DNA from: Mustelus asterias
Lineage: Eukaryota
NCBI RefSeq assembly: GCF_964213995.1
Contig: NC_135802.1
Span: 103,726,001 to 103,790,000, forward strand
Reading direction: 5' to 3'
DNA length: 64,000 bases
Shown: positions 1-11,232 of the stretch, piece after piece
How the letters are laid out: every line of letters begins with the position of its first letter
Position numbering within the stretch: position 1 is the stretch's first letter
Translations under genes and position numbers: made by a program
Notes under the pieces: generated by a model
What the model saw: the letters and a program-made list of their open reading frames with translations, nothing else
Databases searched by the model: none
What the model was told of the DNA's origin: nothing

Positions 1-621
1 TAAAATGATAATACCATTTGTTGGTTACAGATCTCGCCCAATATATTTGCAGCATCGGTCCTAAATGTAGTGATATCAGTAGTGATATCACACCATGTTA
101 GTTTGTGTGTGTCCTATAGGTGATCCCACTGCAACTATTAAGCAAACCAGAGAGTACAAATTTTACTTTAACAGCATAGTGCAAGACTGTTAATTTGACA
201 GGAAAATATCCCATGAGTAATTTACAATACTGTGCAGACAATAACACTGATCTTAGTGACTGCCTCAGCCCTCATTAACATATTCTGCACTCTGCACATT
301 ACATCACATGAACAGAGCACAGTAAATTCATATTTGGGGGAAAGAATCAATACATAATGGAATGTTTGAACAACTTAGGTCTTTACTGTCACTGGGAAGC
401 ATTGGAGCCCCCAGGTGTCTCTATGCAGAGAGCAGAGGGCAAAGACTGAATGTTTCACCATTGTATTTGAAGCTCTGCTTGTTCATTGCAGATGATTTGA
501 CGACTCTATTTGAAAGACCAAGCCCTTAGGCTCCAAGCCCCAATGTTTGACACGATCTACGCCCCCCTCTCCCAGGCCCTTTGAAGGACATAGTTTCCTT
601 AGTAAAGATTACCTACTCTTC

Positions 622-932
622 ATATATATTTACACTGGAATTGAGAAGCCCTAACTTTTTCTGGCGTGTTTTATGTGTATTTATCACATACATAACCAAC
701 CTGATCCACTTCCTCGTATTTCAATGGCGAGTCTATCAGAGGGATACCAGGATAATGTTGCTTTTGAAGGATCAGGGCAATTCAGACAACAGCTTCCCAA
801 TTTCTTTATTTAACAGTGCATGTTGTTGGATTCACTTTTTAACAACAGAAAGCACCAATCAACTCTGTATTTTTACCAGAAAATTTGTTCTGTTAGGTTA
901 TATCTGCCATTTTTAGTTTGACGTGTGAAGGT
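622..932. repeat. Local duplication, copy 1 (~310 bp)
   Basis: atatatttacactgg...tttagtttgacgtgtgaagg recurs nearly identically at 1481-1792. Confidence 0.9.
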
Positions 933-964
933 AATCTACTCGGTATGAATTTAAAGTATTTTGT

Positions 965-1205
965 GGAGGAATTAAAGGGGAAATAGATTTCTTTTTCATT
1001 CAGTGGAATAATGGGGTTCTGGAACTCTCTTGCTGAAAGGCTGGTAGAGGCAGAAGCCCTAATTGGATATGGACTGTAAGTGCTGTAACCTAGAAAGCTA
1101 AAGACCGAGAATGTAAATGTGAGACTCAGCTAGATAGTTCCTTTTCACCTGGCATGGACACAAGTGGCCGTCGGGCTTCATTCTGAGTTACAAATGATCT
1201 ATGTT
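965..1205 (+). mobile_element. Old CR1-type LINE 3' fragment
   Basis: 'tttttcattcagtgg...tggaactctcttgctgaaaggctggtagaggcaga' matches the FFTQRVV.WN.LP..VVEA region of the CR1 copies elsewhere in the window, followed by a degenerate 3' tail. Confidence 0.55.
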
Positions 1206-1480
1206 TTTGTTTTGTGATCAGTGGTGAACTAGCCATTCATTACACTCCACTTGTCCCCTGACTGTCTATATGCTTTTGCATTGGAACTTGCAGTGATTGC
1301 AACTCCAAAACATCACACAGCACTCTCGACCAGGGATCTGGGGCTTGTATAAACAGGGAAAGCAAGTGCATTGCTCTGAAGTGTCTGGAGGATGAAGAAA
1401 CAGAAGATTTTTAATTTTAAATCAAATTCTGACGAGATCGCCAGACTTGGAAAAGTTAATTTCCAGGGCCAGAGAATCAA

Positions 1481-1792
1481 ATATATATTTACACTGGGAT
1501 TGAGAAGCCCTAACTTTTTCTGGCGCGTTTTATGTGTGTTTATCACCTACATAACCAACCTGATGCACTTCCTCGTATTTCAATGGCGAGTCTATCAGAG
1601 AGATACCAGGATAATGTTGCTTTTGAAGGATCAGGGCAATTCAGACAACAGCTTCCCAATTTCCGTATTTAACTGTGCATGTTGTTGGATTCACTTTTTA
1701 ACAACAGAAAGCACCGATTAACACTTATTATTTTTACCAGAAAATTTGTTCTGTTAGGTGATATCTGCCATCTTTAGTTTGATGTGAAAAGG
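1481..1792. repeat. Local duplication, copy 2 (~310 bp)
   Basis: Direct repeat of 622-932 with scattered substitutions; the two ORF-track peptides share 'YIFTL.LRSPNFFWRVLCVF...FLTTEST'. Confidence 0.9.
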
Positions 1793-2049
1793 CCTATTAA
1801 TAAATATCTCTATTTGACAATTATAATGTAGAACAACATTGAAGAAGCCACTTATGTGCTGAGTAAAAAATGGCTTTTTTCTTTCCTATTTTCTACTTCC
1901 TATCTCCAAGTCGCACATTGCTGTGTGATATTATGCCACATTTAGAATGGATGCTGCTAATGTCATGCTGTAATTGCATCTTACTGCCAGTATTGTCACT
2001 GTGGAATAAAACAGAAGCTAGGGAAGGTCATTGACCACGAACATTAGCT

Positions 2050-2712
2050 CTGAGGGGAATTTTCCACCCCTGTTTTCAGGGGTAGGGGGAGCGCAGAGAA
2101 TCCAATGGGAATCCTAAAGCAGCACACGTGCCAGGGTGCCGGGGGAGGGGCCTGAGGGAGGTGGGGCATGAAGGGAGTAGAGTGTGAAGAGAGCGCACAA
2201 CATGAACACATGAAGGGAGTTCTAAAGGGAGAGGAGCATGAAGGGAGACCCATTGGGAGGGTCCCAGTGCCCTGATGCCAGCAATCTGTTTGGAGAGGGG
2301 GGTGAAACATGCCTTTGATGAGGGAGGTGGCTGCTCCTGATGCCGCTCAGGGAGAGAGGGATCTTCAATTTCATTTTGCGATCGGGACGCTCTTTAAAAA
2401 CAGTGCCTGATCTCTGTGAAACTGTGCTTGCTGGCTTGATTAGGCTCCGCCCCTCTCAGAACCGGTGCAAAACTTGATCCTCTCCCAAAGAATGACTGAA
2501 GGCTGAAATTTACAAAAAAAAATTCGAAGCGCTGAACAAGTGAGAAAACAGGAGAGTTTCAGACATATTTTCAGGGAGTTTGAAAATGCAATCTTACGGC
2601 AGTTAGTAGAAAAAAATTGCGATTCTGGGGGTGGCGGGGTCTCAGCTTGCCAGACGCCGGCTGCTGAGCTCTAGGGGAGCCATTGCGCAGGCGTCCTGCT
2701 CTCCCAGTGTAC
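2050..2712. repeat. GC-rich dispersed repeat (unclassified)
   Basis: Shares motifs (gagatc.g.cac..tttttaaag; ggcac..ccagg) in reverse orientation with 9538-10510 and 3115-3520. Confidence 0.45.
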
Positions 2713-2727
2713 TGAAAGAACTTAACT

Positions 2728-3112
2728 TAATTAATTCATGGTTCGTTGGCGTCGCTGGTTGGCCAGCATTCATTGCCCATCCCTAGTTGCCCTTGAACTG
2801 AGTGGCTTGATTGGCCATTCCAGAGGGCAGTTGAGAGTCAACCACATTGCTGTGGCTCTGGAGTCACATGCAGGCCAGACTAGGTAAGAACAGCAAATTT
2901 ACTTCCCTAAAGGACATTCGTGAATCAGGTGGGTTTTTCCGACAATCGACAATGATTTTATGGTCAACTGTAGATTCTTAATTCCAAATTTTTATTTGTT
3001 GAATTCAAATTCCACCATCTGCCGTGGCGGGATTCAAACCTTGGTACCCAGAACATTAGATGAGTTTCTGGGTTGATAGTCTAGCGATAATACCACTGGG
3101 CCACTGAACTCC
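2728..3112 (-). mobile_element. tRNA-derived SINE sharing its 3' tail with the LINE at 6164-8398
   Basis: Minus-strand A box (tggcccagtggt) and B box (ggtttgaatccc); tail 'caagggcaactagggatgggcaatgaatgctggcc...catgaattaa' matches the LINE 3' end at 6165-6240. Confidence 0.8.
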
Positions 3113-3114
3113 TG

Positions 3115-3520
3115 CCACCCCCTCCCCTTATGGACATTGGGACCTCCCCTCGCAGACATTGCCCCTTCCTCCACCCCACTGCCGATTGCACCCCAACAGA
3201 GTTCACCTTCCCTCCCACTGATCACCACCCCGGCAGAGTTCCCCTTCCCTCCCATCCTGGCAGAGTTTTCTCTCTCTCAATCCTGCAGACCTTCCCACCT
3301 CTCTTTCCCACCCCTCCCCCCATCACAGCTCCACCTCAGTGGCTCTGCCCCCAACTTGGCTCTGCTCCTGCACAGTTATGGTGCCTGATAGCCACTGCTA
3401 GGGTGCCAGGCAGGCACTACCAGGCTGACACTGCCCCATGGGCCCTACCCCGACCACCCAGGAGATTCAATGACCTCTGATTTTCTCCTCCTCCCCCCCC
3501 ACTCCCGTCCCCGCCACCCT
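3115..3520. repeat. GC/C-rich dispersed repeat fragment (unclassified)
   Basis: C-rich tracts and 'gccactgctagggtgccaggcaggcactaccagg' resemble 10150-10230. Confidence 0.4.
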
Positions 3521-3525
3521 CAAAA

Positions 3526-4587
3526 TATTCAGGGATACAAAATTGGTTTGATGACAGAAGACAGAGGGTGGCTGTAGAGAGTTGTTTTTCAAACCGGAGG
3601 CCTGTGACCAGCAGTGTGCCTCAGGGATCAGTGCTGGGTTCACTGTTATTTGTCATTTATATTAATGATTTGGATAAGAATTTAGGAGGCATGGTTAGTA
3701 AGTTTGCAGATGACACCAAGATTGGTGGCATAGTGGACAGTGAAGGTTATCTCGGATTATAACGGGGCCTTGGTCAGTTGGGCCAGTGGGCTGATGAATG
3801 GCAGATGGAATTTAATTTAGATAAATGTGAGGTGATGCATTTTGGTAGATCGAACCAGGGCAGGACTTATTCAGTTAATGGTAGGGTGCTGGGGAGAGTT
3901 ATAGAACAAAGAGATCTGGAAGTACAGGTTCATATCTCCTTGAAAGTGGAGTCACAGGTGGACAGAGTGGTGAAGAAGGCATTCAGCATGTTTGGTTTCA
4001 TTGGTCAGAACATTGAATACAGGAGTTTGGATGTCTTGTTGAAGTTGTACAAGACATTGGTAGGGCTCCACTTGGAATACTGTGTACAGTTCTGGTCTCG
4101 AAAAAGTGCAGAAAAGATTTATTAGGATGCTACCGGGATTTGATGGTTTGAGTTTTATGGAGAGGCTGGATAGACTGGGACTTGTTACCCTGAAGCGTAG
4201 GAGGCTTAGGGGTGATCTTATAGAGGTCTATAAAATAATGAGGAGCATAGATAAAGTAGATAGTCATCATCTTTCCCCAAAGGTAGTGGAATCTAAAACT
4301 AGAGGGCATAGATTTAAGGTGAGAGGGGAGAGATACAAAAGGGTCCAGAGGGGCAATTTTTTCACGCACAGGGTGGTGAGTGTCTGGAATGAGCTGCCAA
4401 AGGTGGTAGTAGAGACGGGTACAATTTTGTCTTTTAAAACGCATTTAGACAGTTGCATGGATAAGATTGGTATCGAGGGATATGGGCCAAATGCAGCTAC
4501 TTGGGACTACCTTAATGGTAAAAATTGGGCGGCATGGACAAGTTGGGCCAAAGGGCCTGTTTCCATGCTGTAAACCTCTATGACTAA
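3526..4587 (+). mobile_element. CR1/HER1-type LINE, 5'-truncated (RT domain plus 3' UTR), disrupted
   Basis: [54 protein letters not shown] motifs across ORFs 3568-4573; stop and frameshift present; typical 3' tail. Confidence 0.95.
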
Positions 4588-5494
4588 TCAGGCAGAGCAC
4601 TGCTGATTGTTTAACCAGCGAACAGGGAGAATGCTGCAGTGGGTCAGGAGTTTGCTCCATACCACGTGGCAGCCAAACATGAATGAATGAAAACAAAAGC
4701 TTTTAAAACCTTCCTATCCAGTTTTTACACTTCAAAAACCCATTTCTTGCCCCAAACTGCTGAATTTGAACATTGCATGCAGGATCACTTAGTTTAATGA
4801 ATAGGATGTGTGATCAATGTGGGAATCCGCCAGGGCCCGATAAGTGCAGGAAGAAACAGTCAAAGGAGAGTTACTGAGGTGCCATCTTTCTGGAAAAAAG
4901 ATAAAGCTGTACTCCACTGTTATGGAAAACTGGATGGTAAATCAAAACTACCAGATCAATTTTCATTCATACAAGGCCAAACCAGATGCAAAATTGTGCA
5001 TCATGGAGAGAAAAAAAAGGGTTACAAGAGTGCATCAGGATTAGGTAAGAATTAAAAGGAAATCCAAGTTAATACACTTTTATACTTATTTGTTGAAATT
5101 ACAAATTAAATAATCTTGACACAAGGCAGTGATGAAGCCTTAACCTGCTTTGATAAGATATTAAAAGCTTTTGATAAGTATTTTGATCTTCAAGTGGAAC
5201 GTGCGGAGCTTAAAACATGTGATACATTAACCCCAAGAAAGTGACAAAAGACAATACCCAAGCAAGCCACACAATCATGGTAGACCACATCAATGCAATG
5301 AACTGCATGAGCCATAGACTTTAATGCACAGAAAAGAGGAGGCAGAGAGCTAGCGGAAGGCTTCGAAATAGATCTTTCCGAAAATGCCAACACATTATTC
5401 AAAATGCAACAGTAGGTGGCAGTGCTGAGCCATCTGGTTCTAATGAAAGTGAGAGGTTCAAGGTGTGGGTGGATAATGAAGCCATGAGTAGCAT

Positions 5495-6163
5495 GATTAC
5501 AGAACTAAACAAATTAGGACTTCATTGGAATAGACCTGGCTAATAGTGAAACCAAAATTGAGGACAAGGTCAAAGCTCTGCTGCAGATGAAGAAAGAAAA
5601 GACAGAAATAAAAAAGGAACGAAGCAGAATTGAAAGACTTGAAGCACAAGGTTGAAGCAGAGTAAGTACCTTTGAAACCACATGATAAACTCAAATCTTC
5701 AATGAACAAAACTGTTCAAGATCTGAACAATTACATTTCTGAGGCGTCACCAGGGTACAAGAAAGCTTCGAAAGAAACAAAACCAATTGAATGTTGTGAA
5801 GAATGCAATAAGCGAAAGTCTGAATAACGTGCAGATTCAGTATGTATCTCCAGAAAAGCACAATGAGCAAATAACAACTCTAAATTCCATTCTGGGCAAA
5901 TTGAAGAAAGAGTTGGAAGATGCAAACCTGAAATATGGCCAGGCACAACAGCAGGCAGAAAATGTACTCAATGAACTTGCCACCTTCAAAGATTTCTTGA
6001 ATATGTGCCCCTGGAAAAACATGAGGAGTTAAAAAAGATGCTGATTATTATGTCAGAAAAAGTTGCATTGGCACTATCAGTAATGACAAAGCAGTGTACT
6101 GAAATGCAGAGTGACATGGCAAGAGCTGAACAAGAAAATAAACAGATGAAAGGAAAGCTGATT
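5495..6163 (+). pseudogene. UACA-like coiled-coil pseudogene, segment 1
   Basis: Conceptual translation with stops/frameshifts: AE*VPLKPHDKLKSSM..DLN / YVSPEKHNEQITTLNS / YVPLEKHEELKKML, collinear with the repeated 'YVP..HE' units of the large coiled-coil region of UACA (recalled sequence). Confidence 0.75.
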
Positions 6164-8398
6164 ATTTTCCTTTGTCCATTCATATGTGACCATCGCTGGC
6201 AAGGCCAGCATTTATTGCCCATCCCTAATTGCCCTTGAGAAAACGGTAGTGAGTTGCCGTCTTGAACAGCTGTAACCCATATGGTGTTGATATACACACC
6301 ATAGAAAGAAAATTACAGCTCAGAAACTTCTTGTCTGTGCCAAACCATTTTATGCCTAGTAAGTGCCATTACAATGTGCCACACAGTGCCACACAGTGCC
6401 ATTAGGGAGGGAGTTGCAGGATTTTGACCCGAGGACAATATATTTCCAAGTCAGATTGGTGTGTGTCTTGGAGAGGAACTTCCAGGTGTGGTGTTCCCAT
6501 GTGTCTGCCAACTTTATCCTTCAAGATGGGAGCAGTTAAGTTTTGGATGGTGCTGTCTAAGGAGCCTTGATGAGTTTCTGCAGTGCATCTTGTAGATGGT
6601 ACATACTACTATCAATATGTGTTGGTAGTGGAGGAAGTGAATGTTTGTGGCTGGAGTGCCAATCAAGCAGGCTGCTTTGTCTTGGATGGTCTCGAGCTTC
6701 TTCAGTGTTGTTGGAGGTGTACTCTTCCTGGCAAGTGGCAAGAATTCCATCATATTACTGACTTGTGCCTTGTAGATAGTTGGCGAGTCAGTAGGTGAGT
6801 TACTCACTGCAGGATTCCTAGCTACAGCCCTTCTCTTGTAGCCACAGTATTTAAATGGCTAGTTTAGTTCAGTTTCTGGTCATTGATAATCCCTAGCATG
6901 TTGTTAGTGGGGGAAACAGGAATGGTAATGCCATTGCATGTCAAACGGTGATGGTTAGATATGGAGTAAGTATGAATGTGAACCTCACCTCTGGAGTTTA
7001 ACTCTTTTTTTCCCACGTTTGAATCAAGGCTGTTATGAGGTCAGGATCTGAGTGACCCTAGTGGAACCCAAACTGGGCATTCGTGAGCAGGTTATTGCTC
7101 AGAAAATGCTGCTTGGTAGCACTGTTGATGATACCTCCCATTACTTCACTGATGATCAAGAGTAGACTGATGTGGCTGGGTTGGATCTGTCCTTTTTGTA
7201 TATAGGACATACCTGAACAATTTTCCACTTTGCTGAGTAGATTCCAGTGTTGTAGCTGAACTGGAACAGCTTGGCTATGGGCAGGGTAAGTTCTGGAGCA
7301 CAAGTCTATTGCCAGAATAATGTCAGTACCCAGTGCCTTCAGCTGTTTCTTGCTATTACATGGAGTGAATCGAATTGGTTGAAGACTGGCATTTGTGATG
7401 CTGGAGCCCTCAGGAGGAGGCTGAGATGCATCATCACCTTGGCATTTCTGGCTGAAAATTATTGCAACTGCTTCAGCCTTATCTTTTGTACGGATGTGCA
7501 GGGTTCCCCTATCATTGAGGATGGGGATATTTGTGGCGACTCATCTTCCAATGAGTTGTTTAACTGTCCACCATCATTGATGACCTGATGTGGCAGGATT
7601 GCAGAGTTTAGATCTTCTCCATTGGTTGTGGAATTACTTAACTCCGCCTAGTACTTGCTTCTTAAGCTGTTTGGCTTGCAAGTAGTCCTGTGTTGAAGCT
7701 TTACCAGGTTGACACCTCATTTTTAGGTATGCCTGGTGTTGCTCCTGGCATGTCCTCCTGCACTTTTCGTTGAACCGCAATGGTAGAGTAGGTTACATGC
7801 CAGGCCATGGGGTTACAGATTATGGTTGAGTACAGTTCTGCTGCTGCTATGGCCCACAGTGCCTCATGGTTGCCCAATCTTGAGTTGTTAGATCTGTTTG
7901 AAATCTATGCCACTCCTTGTGTGGCACTGCCACCACATTATGATGTAGAGTACCCTCAATATGAAGATGGGGCTTTGTGTCCACAAGGACTGTGTAGTGG
8001 TCACTCCCACCAATATTGTCATGGACAGATGTATCTGCAGCAGGCAGGTTGGTGAGGATGTGGTCAAGTGTATTTTTCCCTCTTGTTGATTCCCTCACCA
8101 CCTACCACAGACCCACTCACAGCTATGTCCTCATTCATTGACAGTGCTACCGAGCCACTCTTGGTGATGGACAGTGAATTCCCCCACCCAGAATATATTC
8201 TGCACCCTTGCTACTCTCTGTGCTTCCTCCAGAATATTTCATCAGTTGGGAGGGCGGGGGGGGGGGGGGGGGGGGGGGGTAGTAGAGTGGTACATGGTAA
8301 TCAGAGGGTGATTTCCTTGCCCAGGTTTGAGCTGATGCCATTGGCCTCCCTGAGGCCAAGTCGATGTTGGGGACTCCCAGGGCAACTCTCACCACACC
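6164..8398 (-). mobile_element. Non-LTR retrotransposon (CR1/L2-group LINE), internally deleted, inserted in the UACA-like pseudogene
   Basis: Minus strand: APE endonuclease end (TRGKNTLDHILTN..SDH), RT start (LLTNAQFGF), C-terminal TIYKAQV..MME..L.KLETIQDKAACLI; 3' tail at 6165-6240; flanked by ATT on both sides. Confidence 0.88.
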
Positions 8399-9537
8399 AT
8401 TGTGCTTCAAGATCAAATGCAAAATGGAATGCACACCCCTTCAGCAGCATGAAGAAATGAAGATTGTGTTGAATAACAGAACGGTGGAACCACAGAAAAA
8501 AGTCAAAAGCTCTGTTGAATTATAAGAAAGCTCAAGAAGAAGCAATTGAGTTTCACAAAGAAAAGGAAAACCTATTGAAGGACCTTCACAGGCGACAAGG
8601 TCAAAATGCATTCCTCTGGAAAATTACAAAGAGGAGCAAAATGAATATACTGTCACTCTGGATGAGCCAGTTATCAGAGAAGGCTCAGCAATGCTCTACA
8701 TTCCAGGAGGAAAATGCCAGGCTACTATCGGACATCCAGACATGAAAGAGGAAATATGGTTACAACACATTGCTGTGGACGAGTTTGAGACAATGGAAAC
8801 ATCACTGGACAACAGAGGTTTGAAACTGCAGGAGGGAAAGGAGAAGACAAAGAATTACTGTGTACAGGAAAAATTGCAGCTGCATTTCAACAGTCAGAAA
8901 AGGAGTTCTCTAACATTCTACAGAAAGCCAAAATAAAGTAGAATTCTCACAAAGGAGCATGAAGAGTCTCAGAAACAACCAACAGAAGTGAAAGTGAGCT
9001 TTCATGTATGGAAGATGAGTTTGCTAATGAAAAGTTAGAACTGGGTGAAGTTCAAGTATCAGAAATCTCCATTATGTATTGTAAAAAGTGCCTGGAACAT
9101 GAAAAAGAAATGCGGATAAATCAGAACAATTCATTGAATGCAGAATTAACACACAACATTAATGAAATTCTTGAATTTTGATCCAACATGAAGAACATGA
9201 AAGATGAGATGTGCAGAATGGAAGAGCAAATCCAGCAGAGAGGGAAACTTCTAAACAGATTGAAGATCTAACGAGTGAATTAGAAAAGTCTAAAGAGCAG
9301 TCAGTGATCATTGACGAAAGACTCCAAAAGGAACTGAATGCTCAGGTAGACTTGTTAATCTTGTAAGAGGGTTCTACAGATAACTCTGAGTTAAAGATAA
9401 CTGAACTCACCAGAGTAATTGTGGAGCTGAATTAGAAGATTTATAAGCTTGAAAAAGAACTGGAAATTAAGAGAAGAAGCAAATATTTGGTTAAAATTGT
9501 GGAAGCTATGGAAATGAAAGTTTCATTTTTGAAATCA
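8399..9537 (+). pseudogene. UACA-like coiled-coil pseudogene, segment 2
   Basis: IVLQDQMQN / CTPLQQHEEMK / LNYKKAQEEAIEFHKE / FQEENARLLSDIQ / LQHIAVDEFETMETSL / KLQLHFNSQKRSSL / LKITELTR parallel UACA NYRKGQEEIVTLH, EENAKQTSEI, QHVPLEQVEALKKSL, KLHQLLENQKNSS, NKITELL; many frameshifts and stops. Confidence 0.75.
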
Positions 9538-10510
9538 TGGGAGAATTTGGCAGAGTGTCACTTCTGGTGAGAAAACTGGCACAGAACTCTCCAGCTCCAC
9601 TGGCCAGTTTTCTCTCCAGATCTTGTCTCTTTCACTGCCAAAAAAAGGAGTGGCTGTGGTTTGCTCCATCAGTCTGGCAGAGTGGGGACTCTTAAGAGGT
9701 GGGAGTCGGCTCCACTGAGATCGGTGCACCATTTTTAAAGGGCACTGGAAAAAAAAGTCAAACTCCTCCCACTTCCACCATGGAGGTATCTGTGGCCTGC
9801 CCCCCCCCCCCCCCCCCCCAAATAATTTTGGCATTCACCCCCAATGATCAGCACTGGCATTGGCCACTCCCCCATCCACCGAACAGTCTCAGCATTGACC
9901 TGCTTCTCTCTCCGCCCCCCCCCCCCCAACCACCTCCCCGCCGCTCCGATCATTTCAGCGTTTCCTGCCACGATCATGACCAGCGCGGCCTCCTTCGCCC
10001 ACTCCCACAAACATACCCAGCATCGGCCCTTCTCCTCGATTATCTCAACATTTCACCTACCACTCACCTCCCATCATCACTGGCATCCCAATCACTCACC
10101 TATCTGCGCCCCCACCACCACAAAGCATGTGAGGCTCTGCTAGGGAGCCCCCTGACACAGATTGGCACTGCCAGGTTGGCACTTTCCGCCTCTGCCAGGG
10201 ACATTGCCAGGGCACTGCCTGGCCATATGCCTGTCCTCTGGGGTCTATACTGACTTTTGTTTCATGTCTGGATGAAGCTGTTGTAAATCTCACCGACATC
10301 GCGTCACATCAGTGAGATACAAAATTCTAGTTAAGGGGGAAAATCTGGTGAGAGGGTTGTTAATATTTAAATTTATTGAAATGAATGTAAATCTGATTCT
10401 TGCCCATTATCGGAGTGAACCTGATTACGTTGCTGGCAAGAATCAGAAATTAATATTTTGCCGGTGAGATTGGCGATTTCCGGGTTTTGCCGGATCTTGA
10501 GCACTGCTGG
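9538..10510. repeat. GC-rich non-autonomous repeat with a near-terminal hairpin and poly-C tracts
   Basis: Abrupt composition switch; 17-bp inverted repeat at 9564-9619; poly-C at 9799-9818; motifs shared with 2050-2712 and 3115-3520. Confidence 0.55.
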
Positions 10511-10799
10511 TTATTTTGCGGATGAGAGTGCGTGGTCAAGATGCTGCCCATTAACATGGCAGGTCCCATGGGCAAGGAAAGGTTGAGTCCAATCTATGAA
10601 TGAATAGAGCGGACGTTTTTCCTGGAATGTTCCAGGCCAGAATCTACACCGTGAAATACCAGAATCCTGACAGACAGAGTAAGAAACCAAATGCAGAGAC
10701 ACAATGCAGAATATCCAATGAAAGTGGGCAAATTGAAATGCTTTTTCTCATCATTATGACCTCCGAATCCATGGAACTGGATCCAGCAAAACAAAGTTT

Positions 10800-11232
10800 C
10801 ACAGAGGCACAGAACTGTTACTGCACAGAAGGAGGCCCTTCAGCCCATCGTGTCTACACTGGCTCTCTGCAGACAAAGTTCACCAAGTGCCCTCCCCCTC
10901 CTTTTCCCAGTAGCCCTGCATGTTCTTTTTTCAGATTATAATTTAACTCCCTCTCAAATACTTCAGTTGGATCTGCCTTTGCTGTACTGAGGCAGTAGAT
11001 TCCAAATCCTAACCACTTACTGTGTGGGGGGGAAAAAAAACCGTCTTGTCACCATTGCTTCTTTTGCTTAAATGTGTGCTCTCTTGTTCTTGATCCTTCC
11101 ACCAATGGGGATAGGTTTTCCCTATCTACTCTATCCAAGCCTGACCCCTCACGATTTTGAATGTTTCTATCAAATCTCCTCTCAGCCTTCTCTTCAAAGA
11201 AAACATTCCTAATTTCTCCGATCTATCTACCT
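10800..11232 (-). mobile_element. Old CR1-type LINE 3' fragment
   Basis: 'gaaggaggcccttcagcccatcg' tail and 'attttgaatgtttctatcaaatctcctctcagccttct' (reverse of RLRGDLIETFKI). Confidence 0.75.

Noticed and set aside
581-1721. Two similar 111-aa and 109-aa hydrophobic ORFs suggesting a duplicated small gene
   Set aside because: The similarity is just the 310-bp DNA duplication; starts and ends differ, one start is TTG, and there is no recognisable domain.
4844-5050. 66-aa ORF ending at a TAG|GTAAGA donor-like site
   Set aside because: No good acceptor or homology; more likely degraded pseudogene or chance.
9699-10253. 184-aa proline-rich ORF
   Set aside because: Produced by poly-C tracts in a GC-rich repeat.
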